Assembly: GCA_964533795.1 (NCBI GenBank)
Contig: CAZHMI010000001.1
Location: 2,535-49,868, forward strand
DNA: 47,334 nucleotides
DNA from: an uncultured Candidatus Bathyarchaeia archaeon
Lineage (GTDB): Archaea; Thermoproteota; Bathyarchaeia; 40CM-2-53-6; CAYOZM01
Reading direction: 5' to 3'
A program made the position numbers and the translations under genes. The notes beneath the pieces are model-generated. The model was given only the letters and a program-made list of their open reading frames with translations. It made no database searches and was not told the DNA's origin. Below, piece after piece: positions 1 through 7,925 of the stretch (its first letter is position 1; every line of letters starts with the position of its first letter).

Positions 1-41
1 ATGATGGGAGCACCGAAGTAAACGTTAGCTCAATGTTTATC

Positions 42-1000
42 TTAAATGCCGTAGTAAGCCAAAAGGAACCCAATGAATGCCACAACTGTTAGCGGAAGCC
101 AAAAGAACCTTAGTAATTGATCTATTCTAACTCTTGGATTGATTAAACGAACGACAGACAGAGCGATTAGAACGCCTAGAAGCTTCAGAGTTGCTATGAC
201 CGACGTAAGAGCGATTGTTGCACTATTTGTGAAATCAACAATCAGTCCACCTAGGAAGATTGTTGATAGAAACCAAGGCAAGATGAACAACCTCATTGAC
301 TGAGAAAGCTTGAACAACATCAAGGTAGCGCCTGAGTACTCAGTGTAGGGTCCTGCCACTATCTCTGTTTTCGCGTCAGGTATATCGAACGGGGCAAGCG
401 TTAAGGTGGCTTGAGTCGCGAAGAAGGCTACTATGAAAGCTAGGGGACCTGAGATCTTAAAAAGGAAGGGACCGTGTTCGAATTGCCAAGAAACTATGTC
501 ATCTATTCTGAGTGAGAATGGTTGAACGCTCAGGACGATTGTGAAGATCGAGACTAGCAGGGGTAGTTCATATGAGAAGAGTTGGACGACCTCTCTTTGA
601 GCTCCGATTGAGGCGTATGGGTTGGCTAAGCCCATCCGGCTATCATCGCCGCCAACACAGGTAGAGCGATAAGATAAAGTAAGACGATTATGTCCCCAAC
701 GAAGTTCAACGGCGCTGGCGTGTAGATTATTGGCAACATGAGAGGAGCAATAGTCATTGCTGACAAGGAAATAAGTGGTGCAAGTATGAACCAGAATCTA
801 TGAGCTTGGTCTGGGATTATCAGCTCTTTGGCGCATAGTTTGATCATGTCAGCCCAAGGTTGATACAAAGGCGGCCCTATTCGGTATTGAAGTTTGGCAG
901 CCAATTTCCGATCGATCCAGCCGAAGAACAAGCCCACGTTTGACGAGAAAGCCAAGCCGGGAAAAACGAGAAGATAGAATAGTACCTCGAGTATACTCAT
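42..1000 (-). pseudogene. nuoH: Complex I subunit 1 family membrane protein (NuoH/FpoH/HycD-like), reading frame broken at about 626-640
   Basis: ORF 626..1000 has IGPPLYQPWADMIKLCAKELIIP (NuoH-type GP..QP.AD..KL..KE) and ends ...AGWA*. ORF 42..635 starts MGLANPYASIGAQRE and continues as polytopic membrane protein. The two ORFs overlap by 10 nt in different frames. Restoring one nt gives the expected GWA-x-LANPYA junction. Confidence 0.7.
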
Positions 1001-1197
1001 TTGCTACCTCCTTTACATGGCTTCCTTGAAGCTCGAGCAGATAACATACCGATGTACCTCCTATAACGTTTTACATAAGTATTTGAAATTCTAGCATGGT
1101 CTGATGCAAGATCTGGCTTGACCTTGCTTTGCTTCTCAATACGTTCGAACAAGTACTTTTCTAAGACAAACATAGTGGTAGATAGTTCATTCGACAC
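997..1197 (-). CDS. hypothetical small basic protein, ATGA-overlapped with the nuoH-like start
   Basis: 66-aa ORF whose stop overlaps the downstream start by 4 nt. No recognisable motif. Confidence 0.3.
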   Translation of the reverse strand: MSNELSTTMFVLEKYLFERIEKQSKVKPDLASDHARISNTYVKRYRRYIGMLSARASRKPCKGGSK

Positions 1198-1299
1198 TCA
1201 CAATTCTACATCCTTTTTCAATTTCTCAATTCGTCATAGGTTTATATGGAACTAGACTGTCTCAATAGAGAAAACATTCCTTAGTGCGAGTAAACGCAA

Positions 1300-2235
1300 A
1301 TGAGCGATCGAATCTTTGGGGGAAAAGCGACCAAGCGTAGTAGATACGGAGCGACCTCTAGAGATCGACTTGTGCGGACATTAAGATCCGCAGAAATGTG
1401 TCTCAAAGGAAACTTGAAGTATCACGTCATAGATTCCGAGTGGAAATGGGCTTACTTGGCTACTTACGAAGTTCGCAAGCTGCTGAGTTGTTCTAGAGAC
1501 CTAGTAACTGTTATCACATTCTCAACTAGACACCTCAATTCCTTGAGGCTCATGCGACGTACGGTCAGCGAGATAGCGTCAACGGATAATTTGGCGTTGA
1601 ACTTGGTCTTGGGAAACAAAGCTTACTTGAACCCCGCTGAATGTAAAAGACCAGCGGTCAGAACGCTCATCGATTCAGTGAAGTTTATGCGAAGACGCTT
1701 TGGGGAGATCACCGCTTTTATTGGAACGGAAGGCGTGACTGAGGAAGCGGCGCATCTGGCGGCTGAATACGATCTAACGCCATTCGTTTTGCTCGACAAG
1801 TATCTTCAACGTGATCTGTCCTTGATCAAAGATATATGTGGAGTAAGGGACGTCGCCGTCTACATCCCTTTCCTAGTCTCCAGTAATTATGCTAGACTGC
1901 TACGTGATGTGCTCTATCGTCTCTCAGGGTATATGCTCAGAAGAAGATGGGTTCAGAGTGAACTGAAGAAGATTGGATTTGACCCAACCATGTCGATGAT
2001 GAGAGCAATAATACAAGAAAAGAAATCTCTGCCAACTGAATTGATGAGAAGTAAGCTGGGTTCTCTCTTAAAGACGGCTAGCGAATCCCTCGCGCTTTAT
2101 GGTCACGAGCAACTCGTTCTTGAGCGATTGAAGAGTCTGCAAAAGCTCGGTGCAAACATCTTCATCGGTCTTCCCATAAAAGAGAATGATCAACAGATCC
2201 TTTCATTCGCGAAATGTCTAAACTCCATCTGTTAA
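1300..2235 (+). CDS. hypothetical protein (311 aa)
   Basis: Long ORF with a TATA-like TTTATAT at 1241-1247 upstream. No family recognised by eye. Confidence 0.55.
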   Translation: MSDRIFGGKATKRSRYGATSRDRLVRTLRSAEMCLKGNLKYHVIDSEWKWAYLATYEVRKLLSCSRDLVTVITFSTRHLNSLRLMRRTVSEIASTDNLALNLVLGNKAYLNPAECKRPAVRTLIDSVKFMRRRFGEITAFIGTEGVTEEAAHLAAEYDLTPFVLLDKYLQRDLSLIKDICGVRDVAVYIPFLVSSNYARLLRDVLYRLSGYMLRRRWVQSELKKIGFDPTMSMMRAIIQEKKSLPTELMRSKLGSLLKTASESLALYGHEQLVLERLKSLQKLGANIFIGLPIKENDQQILSFAKCLNSIC

Positions 2236-2281
2236 AGACTGTTAGCGAGCGAACTAGGCGCTTGATAACGGGTGCTCTAGT

Positions 2282-2620
2282 TCACCCCACCTTAATTTCT
2301 ATCCCCACTGTCCTCTTGACAAGTTCTGCAAGAACGTCTGTTTTGGGCTTCTCTCCTCTCTTTCCCGGAATGGAAACTACTAGAGGATATTCTTTTTCGC
2401 GCTTCATTCTGGTCAGTCGAGATTGTATCCAATCGAAGACTTGCTCAGTGACCATTATTAGAGATACTTGCTGGTTTGCGAATAGTGATTCGAGGCGTTT
2501 CTCTGCTTCCGCTCTATCATTCACGAAGTAACTGTTCTTTACCCCTGAGAGTTTGAAGTAGACTGCTGTCTCTTTGTCAGCTAGGACAGCGATTCTCGAC
2601 ATTCTTATATCAGCTGTCAA
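2282..2620 (-). CDS. atpF: A/V-type ATP synthase subunit F
   Basis: About 105 aa. RIAVLADKETAVYFKLSGV...SLIMVTEQVFDWI...PLVVSIPG pattern typical of AtpF. Overlaps the atpE stop by 4 nt. Confidence 0.75.
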   Translation of the reverse strand: MTADIRMSRIAVLADKETAVYFKLSGVKNSYFVNDRAEAEKRLESLFANQQVSLIMVTEQVFDWIQSRLTRMKREKEYPLVVSIPGKRGEKPKTDVLAELVKRTVGIEIKVG

Positions 2621-3255
2621 TCGGTTTTCGTGAAGAGAATTGCCGAGATCTTAGGTTCAAGATCCTTCCTTCTGCTCTTGATTAGAGCTTCAAAAGTATT
2701 GTCAACAGCAACCTTCCCATCATTTGATTTTATCAATACGCCCCCGATCGAGTTCGTAACTTCGGCTTTTCTCAGTGTTGTTTTAACTCCAGTAGCCTTC
2801 TCTACATTATCTGATAGCCGATCTAGAGGTAGATTCCTTTCATGGTCGTAATTGTTCAGATGAACTTGCAACTGCCCTCCGCCAGCGGCGATCGCGCCCT
2901 CTTCGATAAGTGACTCAAGCATCCTGTCGTACTCATTCGAGCGAGTGAATTCTTTGAGTTTTATCTTCACTTCATCGAAGACTTTATCAATGATCTTTTC
3001 TTTTTCAGATAGGATCATCCAATTCATTCTGATTCTTGAGTTGGCTATCGCGCTTTCAACTATGCTCCTCGCTTGATCTTCAGCGGTCTTAATCAAGGTC
3101 CCAGATTCTTCTTCAGCCTTCTTTCTAGCTTCCTGACGCTTTTCCTCCAAGGCTCCTTGAGCTGTCTTCCTTGATTTCTCGATAGATTCATCTGCTTCTT
3201 TCTTCGCATCATCTAGTATCTTCTTAATCAGGGCTTCCTGACGCAATTCTGACAA
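2617..3255 (-). CDS. atpE: A/V-type ATP synthase subunit E
   Basis: 212 aa with a long charged N-terminal helix (KKILDDAKKEADESIEKSRK...) and a globular C-terminus (GGVLIKSNDGKVAVDNTFEALI), as in subunit E. Confidence 0.75.
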   Translation of the reverse strand: MSELRQEALIKKILDDAKKEADESIEKSRKTAQGALEEKRQEARKKAEEESGTLIKTAEDQARSIVESAIANSRIRMNWMILSEKEKIIDKVFDEVKIKLKEFTRSNEYDRMLESLIEEGAIAAGGGQLQVHLNNYDHERNLPLDRLSDNVEKATGVKTTLRKAEVTNSIGGVLIKSNDGKVAVDNTFEALIKSRRKDLEPKISAILFTKTD

Positions 3256-3265
3256 AAGCGGTTCA

Positions 3266-3595
3266 TCACCCGTATGAGATTATCTCCTTGAAAACCTGTT
3301 CAGAGGCCTTAGCGATGTTTCTTTCAGCCGTCTCTCTAAGCTTCTTGACTTCATCTTCCGCTTGAGCGATTATCTTCTGGGCTTCGGTCTCTGCGTTTAC
3401 TTTTGCCTTCTTTATGATCGCGTCTGCTTTCTCCCTCGCTCGTTTCTTTATTTCCGTGTATGTCTCATCGTAGACTCTTATAGCGTCGATGCTTGCTTCT
3501 CGCTCTATCTTCTTCGCTTGCTTCAAGGCTTCTGCCAAGTTTTCCTCTGCTTGCTTTTCTGCGTCTCTTATCTCTGCAAGGACCTTGTCGACCAT
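3266..3595 (-). CDS. atpH: A-type ATP synthase subunit H (peripheral stalk)
   Basis: 109-aa highly charged coiled-coil protein (AEIRDAEKQAEENLAEALKQAKKIEREA) immediately upstream of atpE. Confidence 0.6.
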   Translation of the reverse strand: MVDKVLAEIRDAEKQAEENLAEALKQAKKIEREASIDAIRVYDETYTEIKKRAREKADAIIKKAKVNAETEAQKIIAQAEDEVKKLRETAERNIAKASEQVFKEIISYG

Positions 3596-3666
3596 TATTG
3601 ATACCTCTTGCTGAAGCGTTGAAGATCTTCTCTATGTAGATAAAGCATTAAGGTTAAACTTTTTCC

Positions 3667-4131
3667 CTAGAACTGCTTGAGAACATCGGGCATCTCCATG
3701 ATCCTTCCACAGAAGTGGCAACGGATCTTGAGCGGGTCTACTTCTTCTGTATGAAACATCGAGTCTACAGGTTCTTTAGCGTTTGAAATGCATGAAGGGT
3801 TGTCGCACTTCACTATTCCTTTTATAACCATCGGAAGCTTGACTTTCTTCTTCTCAACCACATCATAGTCACGAATTATGTTTATCGTGGCTTTAGGCGC
3901 GACTAAAGCTATCTTGTCAACCTCACCAGGCCTCAACTCTCTACTATCAATTTTGACTATGTCCTTTTTCCCATACTTCTCGCTTGGAACGTTCATCACA
4001 ACGCCGACGACATGACCTTCCTTCCCAGATATGTTGAGGATCCTAAGAACGTTTAACGCGTTCCCGCAACTTATATGGTCTATGACTGTTCCGCTACGGA
4101 TCTTCTTGACATACAGCTCCATTTTGCTCAA
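3667..4131 (-). CDS. pyrI: aspartate carbamoyltransferase regulatory chain
   Basis: 154 aa. VKKIRSGTVIDHI, then a C-terminal Zn domain CDNPSCISN...CHFCGR (4 Cys), diagnostic of PyrI. Confidence 0.9.
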   Translation of the reverse strand: MSKMELYVKKIRSGTVIDHISCGNALNVLRILNISGKEGHVVGVVMNVPSEKYGKKDIVKIDSRELRPGEVDKIALVAPKATINIIRDYDVVEKKKVKLPMVIKGIVKCDNPSCISNAKEPVDSMFHTEEVDPLKIRCHFCGRIMEMPDVLKQF

Positions 4132-4262
4132 TTTTCAGCACTCAATAAAATTTGATTAGGTGAGTTATTTAGCGCTTCTTTTTTCTTTGAACGTTTCTTT
4201 TATTGCGTCCACCTGTATCAATAGGGTAAAATACAACTACAAGCAAGCTGTTGACTCAATCC

Positions 4263-4523
4263 TCAGAAGAGGCTGTAAACCTTCTCAGGTGGCAGAGCGG
4301 GGTAGACATCTACTTTCCGGTGGAAACGGAGCGCAGGCATGACATATTTGTAAACGTCCTCTGAGTTGTCAGCCTCAACTATCTCGACAAACAGCCCTCC
4401 CGGCGTTCCGTACTCGACTATGTGTTTTACGCCTTTCGGGCGTGGAAACTTGCCCTCTTTGAAGAGCTTCATCCCTTCCATTAGTTTCTCGGGGTTTGCT
4501 TCCCAAATTATCATGAACAGCAT
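4263..4523 (-). CDS. small conserved hypothetical protein (possibly DUF3303-like)
   Basis: 86-aa ORF MLFMIIWEANPEKLMEG.... Family assignment is from memory only. Confidence 0.4.
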   Translation of the reverse strand: MLFMIIWEANPEKLMEGMKLFKEGKFPRPKGVKHIVEYGTPGGLFVEIVEADNSEDVYKYVMPALRFHRKVDVYPALPPEKVYSLF

Positions 4524-4637
4524 CTTTTCTACTTGACCTCCTCAAGCTTCTATTGTGAACGTGAACTGTTTAATAAACCAGAAACGTTGTTGGAGGGCAA
4601 TCTTACATGTAGTCAATTTGTCCGTGGTCTTTTCGAG

Positions 4638-4898
4638 CTAGAAGATATGGGATTTCTTCTCATAGCTCCGTGAAACATTCGTTTCCTTTCTGAGCTTATT
4701 CGGATCACAGACGTGATCGAGCATATTCTGTTTCTTGCATGCTATCTTCAGAAGCAAGTCGTCAATATCGACCTCTGGGTTTGATCTATGGTATTTCATA
4801 ACGGCTTCTTCCCCTGCATTGAGTTCTTCTACACTTGAGCATGCTTCCACCTGTGAATTAAGCACCTTCAATTCCGCTGCCGTGTCTTCCTTAGACAT
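4638..4898 (-). CDS. hypothetical protein (86 aa)
   Basis: ORF only. Confidence 0.3.
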   Translation of the reverse strand: MSKEDTAAELKVLNSQVEACSSVEELNAGEEAVMKYHRSNPEVDIDDLLLKIACKKQNMLDHVCDPNKLRKETNVSRSYEKKSHIF

Positions 4899-5011
4899 AC
4901 GTATACCTTCTTCGCAGCTCTGAAGTTGCGAAATCCATTACAAAAAGTTCTCGTTACTAGAAAGCGACAATAAATAAGGTAGCCTCTGAATATGAGTAGA
5001 ATGGAAGCGGT

Positions 5012-5941
5012 GTGAAAGACTTGAGTTTCCAAGGCAGAGATATTATCTCGATTAAAGACTTCTCTCGTGAGGAGATTGATTATGTTTTAGACACAACTGA
5101 GCTTATGGAACCTCTTGCCAAAAGGGGTTCAGATATGCTTCGAAGAAAGATCTTGGCTACTCTATTCTACGAGCCCAGTACAAGAACGAAGTTGAGTTTT
5201 GAAACTGCGATGTACCGGCTTGGCGGAAACACTATTGGATTTGCCGAACCAAGAGTCGCTTCCGTCGAGAAGGGTGAGAACCTAGCTGATACGGTCAGAG
5301 CTGTCGAGAACTACGCTGATCTGCTCGTAGTTAGGCACCCTTTGGAGGGCGCGGCTAGGCTCACTGCAGAATTCGTAAATATTCCAGTCATTAATGCTGG
5401 CTCAGGAGCTGAAGAGCACCCGACCCAAGCTCTGCTCGACCTCTACACGATCAGGCATGAGATCGGATCTATCGATGGGCTGAACATAGGTCTGGTTGGA
5501 GACCTGCGGTACGGGCGGACGGTACACTCTTTAGCGTACGCGCTTTCACAATACAAAGTAAAGTTGTGTTTGATTTCTCCTGAGCTTTTGAAGATGCGCC
5601 GGGAGGTGTTGGAGGAGACCAAGAAGAGAATAGAGGTTGAGGAGAGGAATGATTGGAAGGATGTTCTTTCTGAACTTGATGTTATCTACATGACTAGGAT
5701 TCAGAGGGAGAGATTTGCAGATCTAGCTGAATACGAGAAAGTCAAGGGATACTACAGGTTGACTTCTCAGGAGATGCTCAAGGTAAAGAAGAATGCTGTT
5801 TTAATGCATCCTCTCCCGCGCGTTGATGAGATCGCTTTCGAAGTGGATCATGCCCCTCAAGCGAAGTACTTCAAGCAGGTTTGGTATGGACTTCTTACAA
5901 GAATGGCCTTGATAGGACTTGTCTTAGGCGCGGTAAGGTAG
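5012..5941 (+). CDS. pyrB: aspartate carbamoyltransferase catalytic chain
   Basis: GTG start. Motifs FYEPSTRTKLSFE, VVRHP, HPTQALLD, HPLPRVDEI. Confidence 0.95.
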   Translation: MKDLSFQGRDIISIKDFSREEIDYVLDTTELMEPLAKRGSDMLRRKILATLFYEPSTRTKLSFETAMYRLGGNTIGFAEPRVASVEKGENLADTVRAVENYADLLVVRHPLEGAARLTAEFVNIPVINAGSGAEEHPTQALLDLYTIRHEIGSIDGLNIGLVGDLRYGRTVHSLAYALSQYKVKLCLISPELLKMRREVLEETKKRIEVEERNDWKDVLSELDVIYMTRIQRERFADLAEYEKVKGYYRLTSQEMLKVKKNAVLMHPLPRVDEIAFEVDHAPQAKYFKQVWYGLLTRMALIGLVLGAVR

Positions 5942-5980
5942 AGATCCTCCGGTATCACGTCTTTCTTGTAAGAGGAGATG

Positions 5981-6028
5981 AGTTACTAAAGGTAACATTT
6001 ATAAGGCAGAAAGTTACTAAAGGTAACA
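5981..6028 (+). promoter_or_regulatory. two identical 17-nt operator-like boxes AGTTACTAAAGGTAACA (each with dyad GTTAC-N5-GTAAC) flanking a TATA box TTTATAA
   Basis: Box 1 at 5981-5997, TTTATAA at 5998-6004, box 2 at 6012-6028. The downstream ORF starts at GTG 6032 or ATG 6041, consistent with a leaderless transcript. Confidence 0.65.
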
Positions 6029-6031
6029 CAA

Positions 6032-6793
6032 GTGCTCGATATGCTCCTCGAACTGCACTCAAGCGCCAAGAGGAAAAGAGTCCTTCCACTCCATGTGGTC
6101 GACTATGCCGCGTTCAAGGACAGGTTCGGCGTAAGGGAGGGTGAGTCGGAACTCCATTCCTTGGAGAAGTTCCATGCGGCAAGATCCCTCGTGGAGGAAG
6201 GGTATGAGGAAACATATGTCGATGCGCCTCTTCGCTCTGTACCAACCCAAAGGTTAGGAGACTCCATTTTCGCCGACGTATGCGGAAAGAGAGATGGGGA
6301 AATTACAGTAGTTTTCTGCGAGGTTGTTCCTCTCACCAAGGAGACTTTCGCTGACTTGGAGATCGTTGAAAAAGCCGAGAATGCTAGGGCCGTGTTACTA
6401 TATCCTTTCACAGCCAATACAGAGGCGATCGCGAGGAGATTTCCGAGAGCAATCGAATCTGGGAAGATAAGTATTACGAGAGTTGGTTGGCTGAATCACG
6501 GACTTGAAAGCGCCTTCAGAGAAGCTTTAGATCTGATGGACCTACTGTCGAACGAAACAAGAGTAAGGATGCTTATGCCTTTGCTTGAAAGCCGCCGTGA
6601 AAAGAAGCAGTTCAGAGCGGAGATAAACCCGAAACTTGTCTACGAAAATCTTCGAGCCTTCATTGAAAGTGAAATCATCGACGAAATCTCAGACGGTCAA
6701 TATGAACTCACCAATTTCGGGAAGCATGTTCTGTGCGAGTACCTCACCTTCATTGAACGGCTCAGGAAGATTCGCAGGAGAATGGTGGAATGA
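6032..6793 (+). CDS. putative transcription regulator with C-terminal winged-helix (ArsR/PadR-like) domain
   Basis: C-terminal LLSNETRVRMLMPLLESRREKKQFRAEINPKLVYENLRAFIESEIIDEISDGQYELTNFGKHV looks like a wHTH. The N-terminal approximately 150 aa are unassigned. Confidence 0.55.
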   Translation: MLDMLLELHSSAKRKRVLPLHVVDYAAFKDRFGVREGESELHSLEKFHAARSLVEEGYEETYVDAPLRSVPTQRLGDSIFADVCGKRDGEITVVFCEVVPLTKETFADLEIVEKAENARAVLLYPFTANTEAIARRFPRAIESGKISITRVGWLNHGLESAFREALDLMDLLSNETRVRMLMPLLESRREKKQFRAEINPKLVYENLRAFIESEIIDEISDGQYELTNFGKHVLCEYLTFIERLRKIRRRMVE

Positions 6794-6846
6794 GTAAGAT
6801 AGCTAGGGTGCAAGTAGAGGAAAAGGTAAGAAAAGGAGGTTAAGAT

Positions 6847-7407
6847 ATGTCAGTTAGAAAGAGAGAGGAAAAAGACGCATGGTTTGATGAATTTCGAGAC
6901 TTCAGGCGGTTCTTTAAAGAGTATGACCGATTCTTCGAGAATATGTTTGAGGACTTCGAAGGTTCATCGCCACTCTTAAGGCCTCAAGAGCTGATGAGTC
7001 TGAAAAAGCCGTTTGAGAAAGAAATTAAGAAAGGCAACATGAAAGGCTTCTTCAGAGTTCAGCCGATTAAAGGAGAGGGAGTAACGGGCTACATCGCCTA
7101 CGGAGAACTCAGCAACATTCAGACACCAACTCGAACTCCTACGAGAGCCGAGAGCATTCAGATAATCAAAGAAGATGAGCCCTTGATAGACGTCATAGAA
7201 GAAAGGGATGCGGTGAAGGTCGTTGCTGAGATCCATGGAGTCTCTATGAATGATATAGCATTGAATATGCGTGACAACTGCTTAGAGATTAAGGCGGGGG
7301 AGAAATTCAGCAAGTCAATTGAGATTCCAAATAAAGTCGACTTTGCTCGCGCATCTATCAGCTACAAGAACGGCATACTCCAGTTGAAACTGCCGAAAAT
7401 CTCGTAG
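6847..7407 (+). CDS. hsp20: small heat shock protein, Hsp20/alpha-crystallin family
   Basis: C-terminal alpha-crystallin domain IDVIEERDAVKVVAEIHGVSMNDIALNMRDNCLEIKAGE...ISYKNGILQLKLPK. GGAGGT RBS upstream. Confidence 0.8.
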   Translation: MSVRKREEKDAWFDEFRDFRRFFKEYDRFFENMFEDFEGSSPLLRPQELMSLKKPFEKEIKKGNMKGFFRVQPIKGEGVTGYIAYGELSNIQTPTRTPTRAESIQIIKEDEPLIDVIEERDAVKVVAEIHGVSMNDIALNMRDNCLEIKAGEKFSKSIEIPNKVDFARASISYKNGILQLKLPKIS

Positions 7408-7423
7408 ATTAGCGTGATCTCTC

Positions 7424-7909
7424 ATGAACTATATTCAAGAACTGGATCGTTGCGAGAATTTTGGAGACGTATTCGAACTGGTCAAGAAATCTGTGAAAGA
7501 GAGCCTAGGTCAATGGCGAGGAGGCTTGATGCTATATCTAGCCGATCTACCGATCTACGTCGGCGCATTTCACGGTGTAGGCTCAAACGCGATCGTGATG
7601 AATCGTAGGCTTCTAGATCTAGCTGTAAAGTCTAGTAGATCAAGGAGGGAAGTGAACTCCTACGTCTTCTACATACTTCTCCACGAGTACCTCCATTCTC
7701 TAGGCTACATCGATGAAGGCACTGTTAGAAGACTGGTTCATGCAGTAGCCGAGAGAACTTTCGGAGAGGAACATCCCACAACTCAGATGGCACTCACAGG
7801 GCCTGCAGCTATTCTATCGCGAATACGTCAACCTGTAGAAGAATCTTCCGAAAGCGATATGGAGATCGTGAGAGACTTCGATAGGTCGAGCCAGACATAC
7901 TTCAGTTGA
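7424..7909 (+). CDS. hypothetical protein with HExxH (HEYLH) metallopeptidase-like motif
   Basis: YILLHEYLHSLGY motif. Starts 17 nt after hsp20. Confidence 0.45.
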   Translation: MNYIQELDRCENFGDVFELVKKSVKESLGQWRGGLMLYLADLPIYVGAFHGVGSNAIVMNRRLLDLAVKSSRSRREVNSYVFYILLHEYLHSLGYIDEGTVRRLVHAVAERTFGEEHPTTQMALTGPAAILSRIRQPVEESSESDMEIVRDFDRSSQTYFS

Positions 7910-7925
7910 AAAAGCCACTGCAATT

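Noticed and set aside
2214-2851. ORFs 2214..2531 (+) and 2630..2851 (+) overlapping atpF and atpE
   Set aside because: They are antisense shadows of well-supported genes and have low-complexity S/T/L-rich translations. The same reasoning applies to 3362..3601, 6059..6417, 12472..13341, 17755..18711, 21174..21659, 36452..37625, 40960..41418, 43410..43751, 46199..47329 and similar entries in the ORF track.
4944-4960. GTTACTAGAAAGCGAC upstream of pyrB as a third copy of the 5981/6012 operator
   Set aside because: Only the first half-site (GTTACTA) matches. The second half-site is not conserved, so it is too weak to call.
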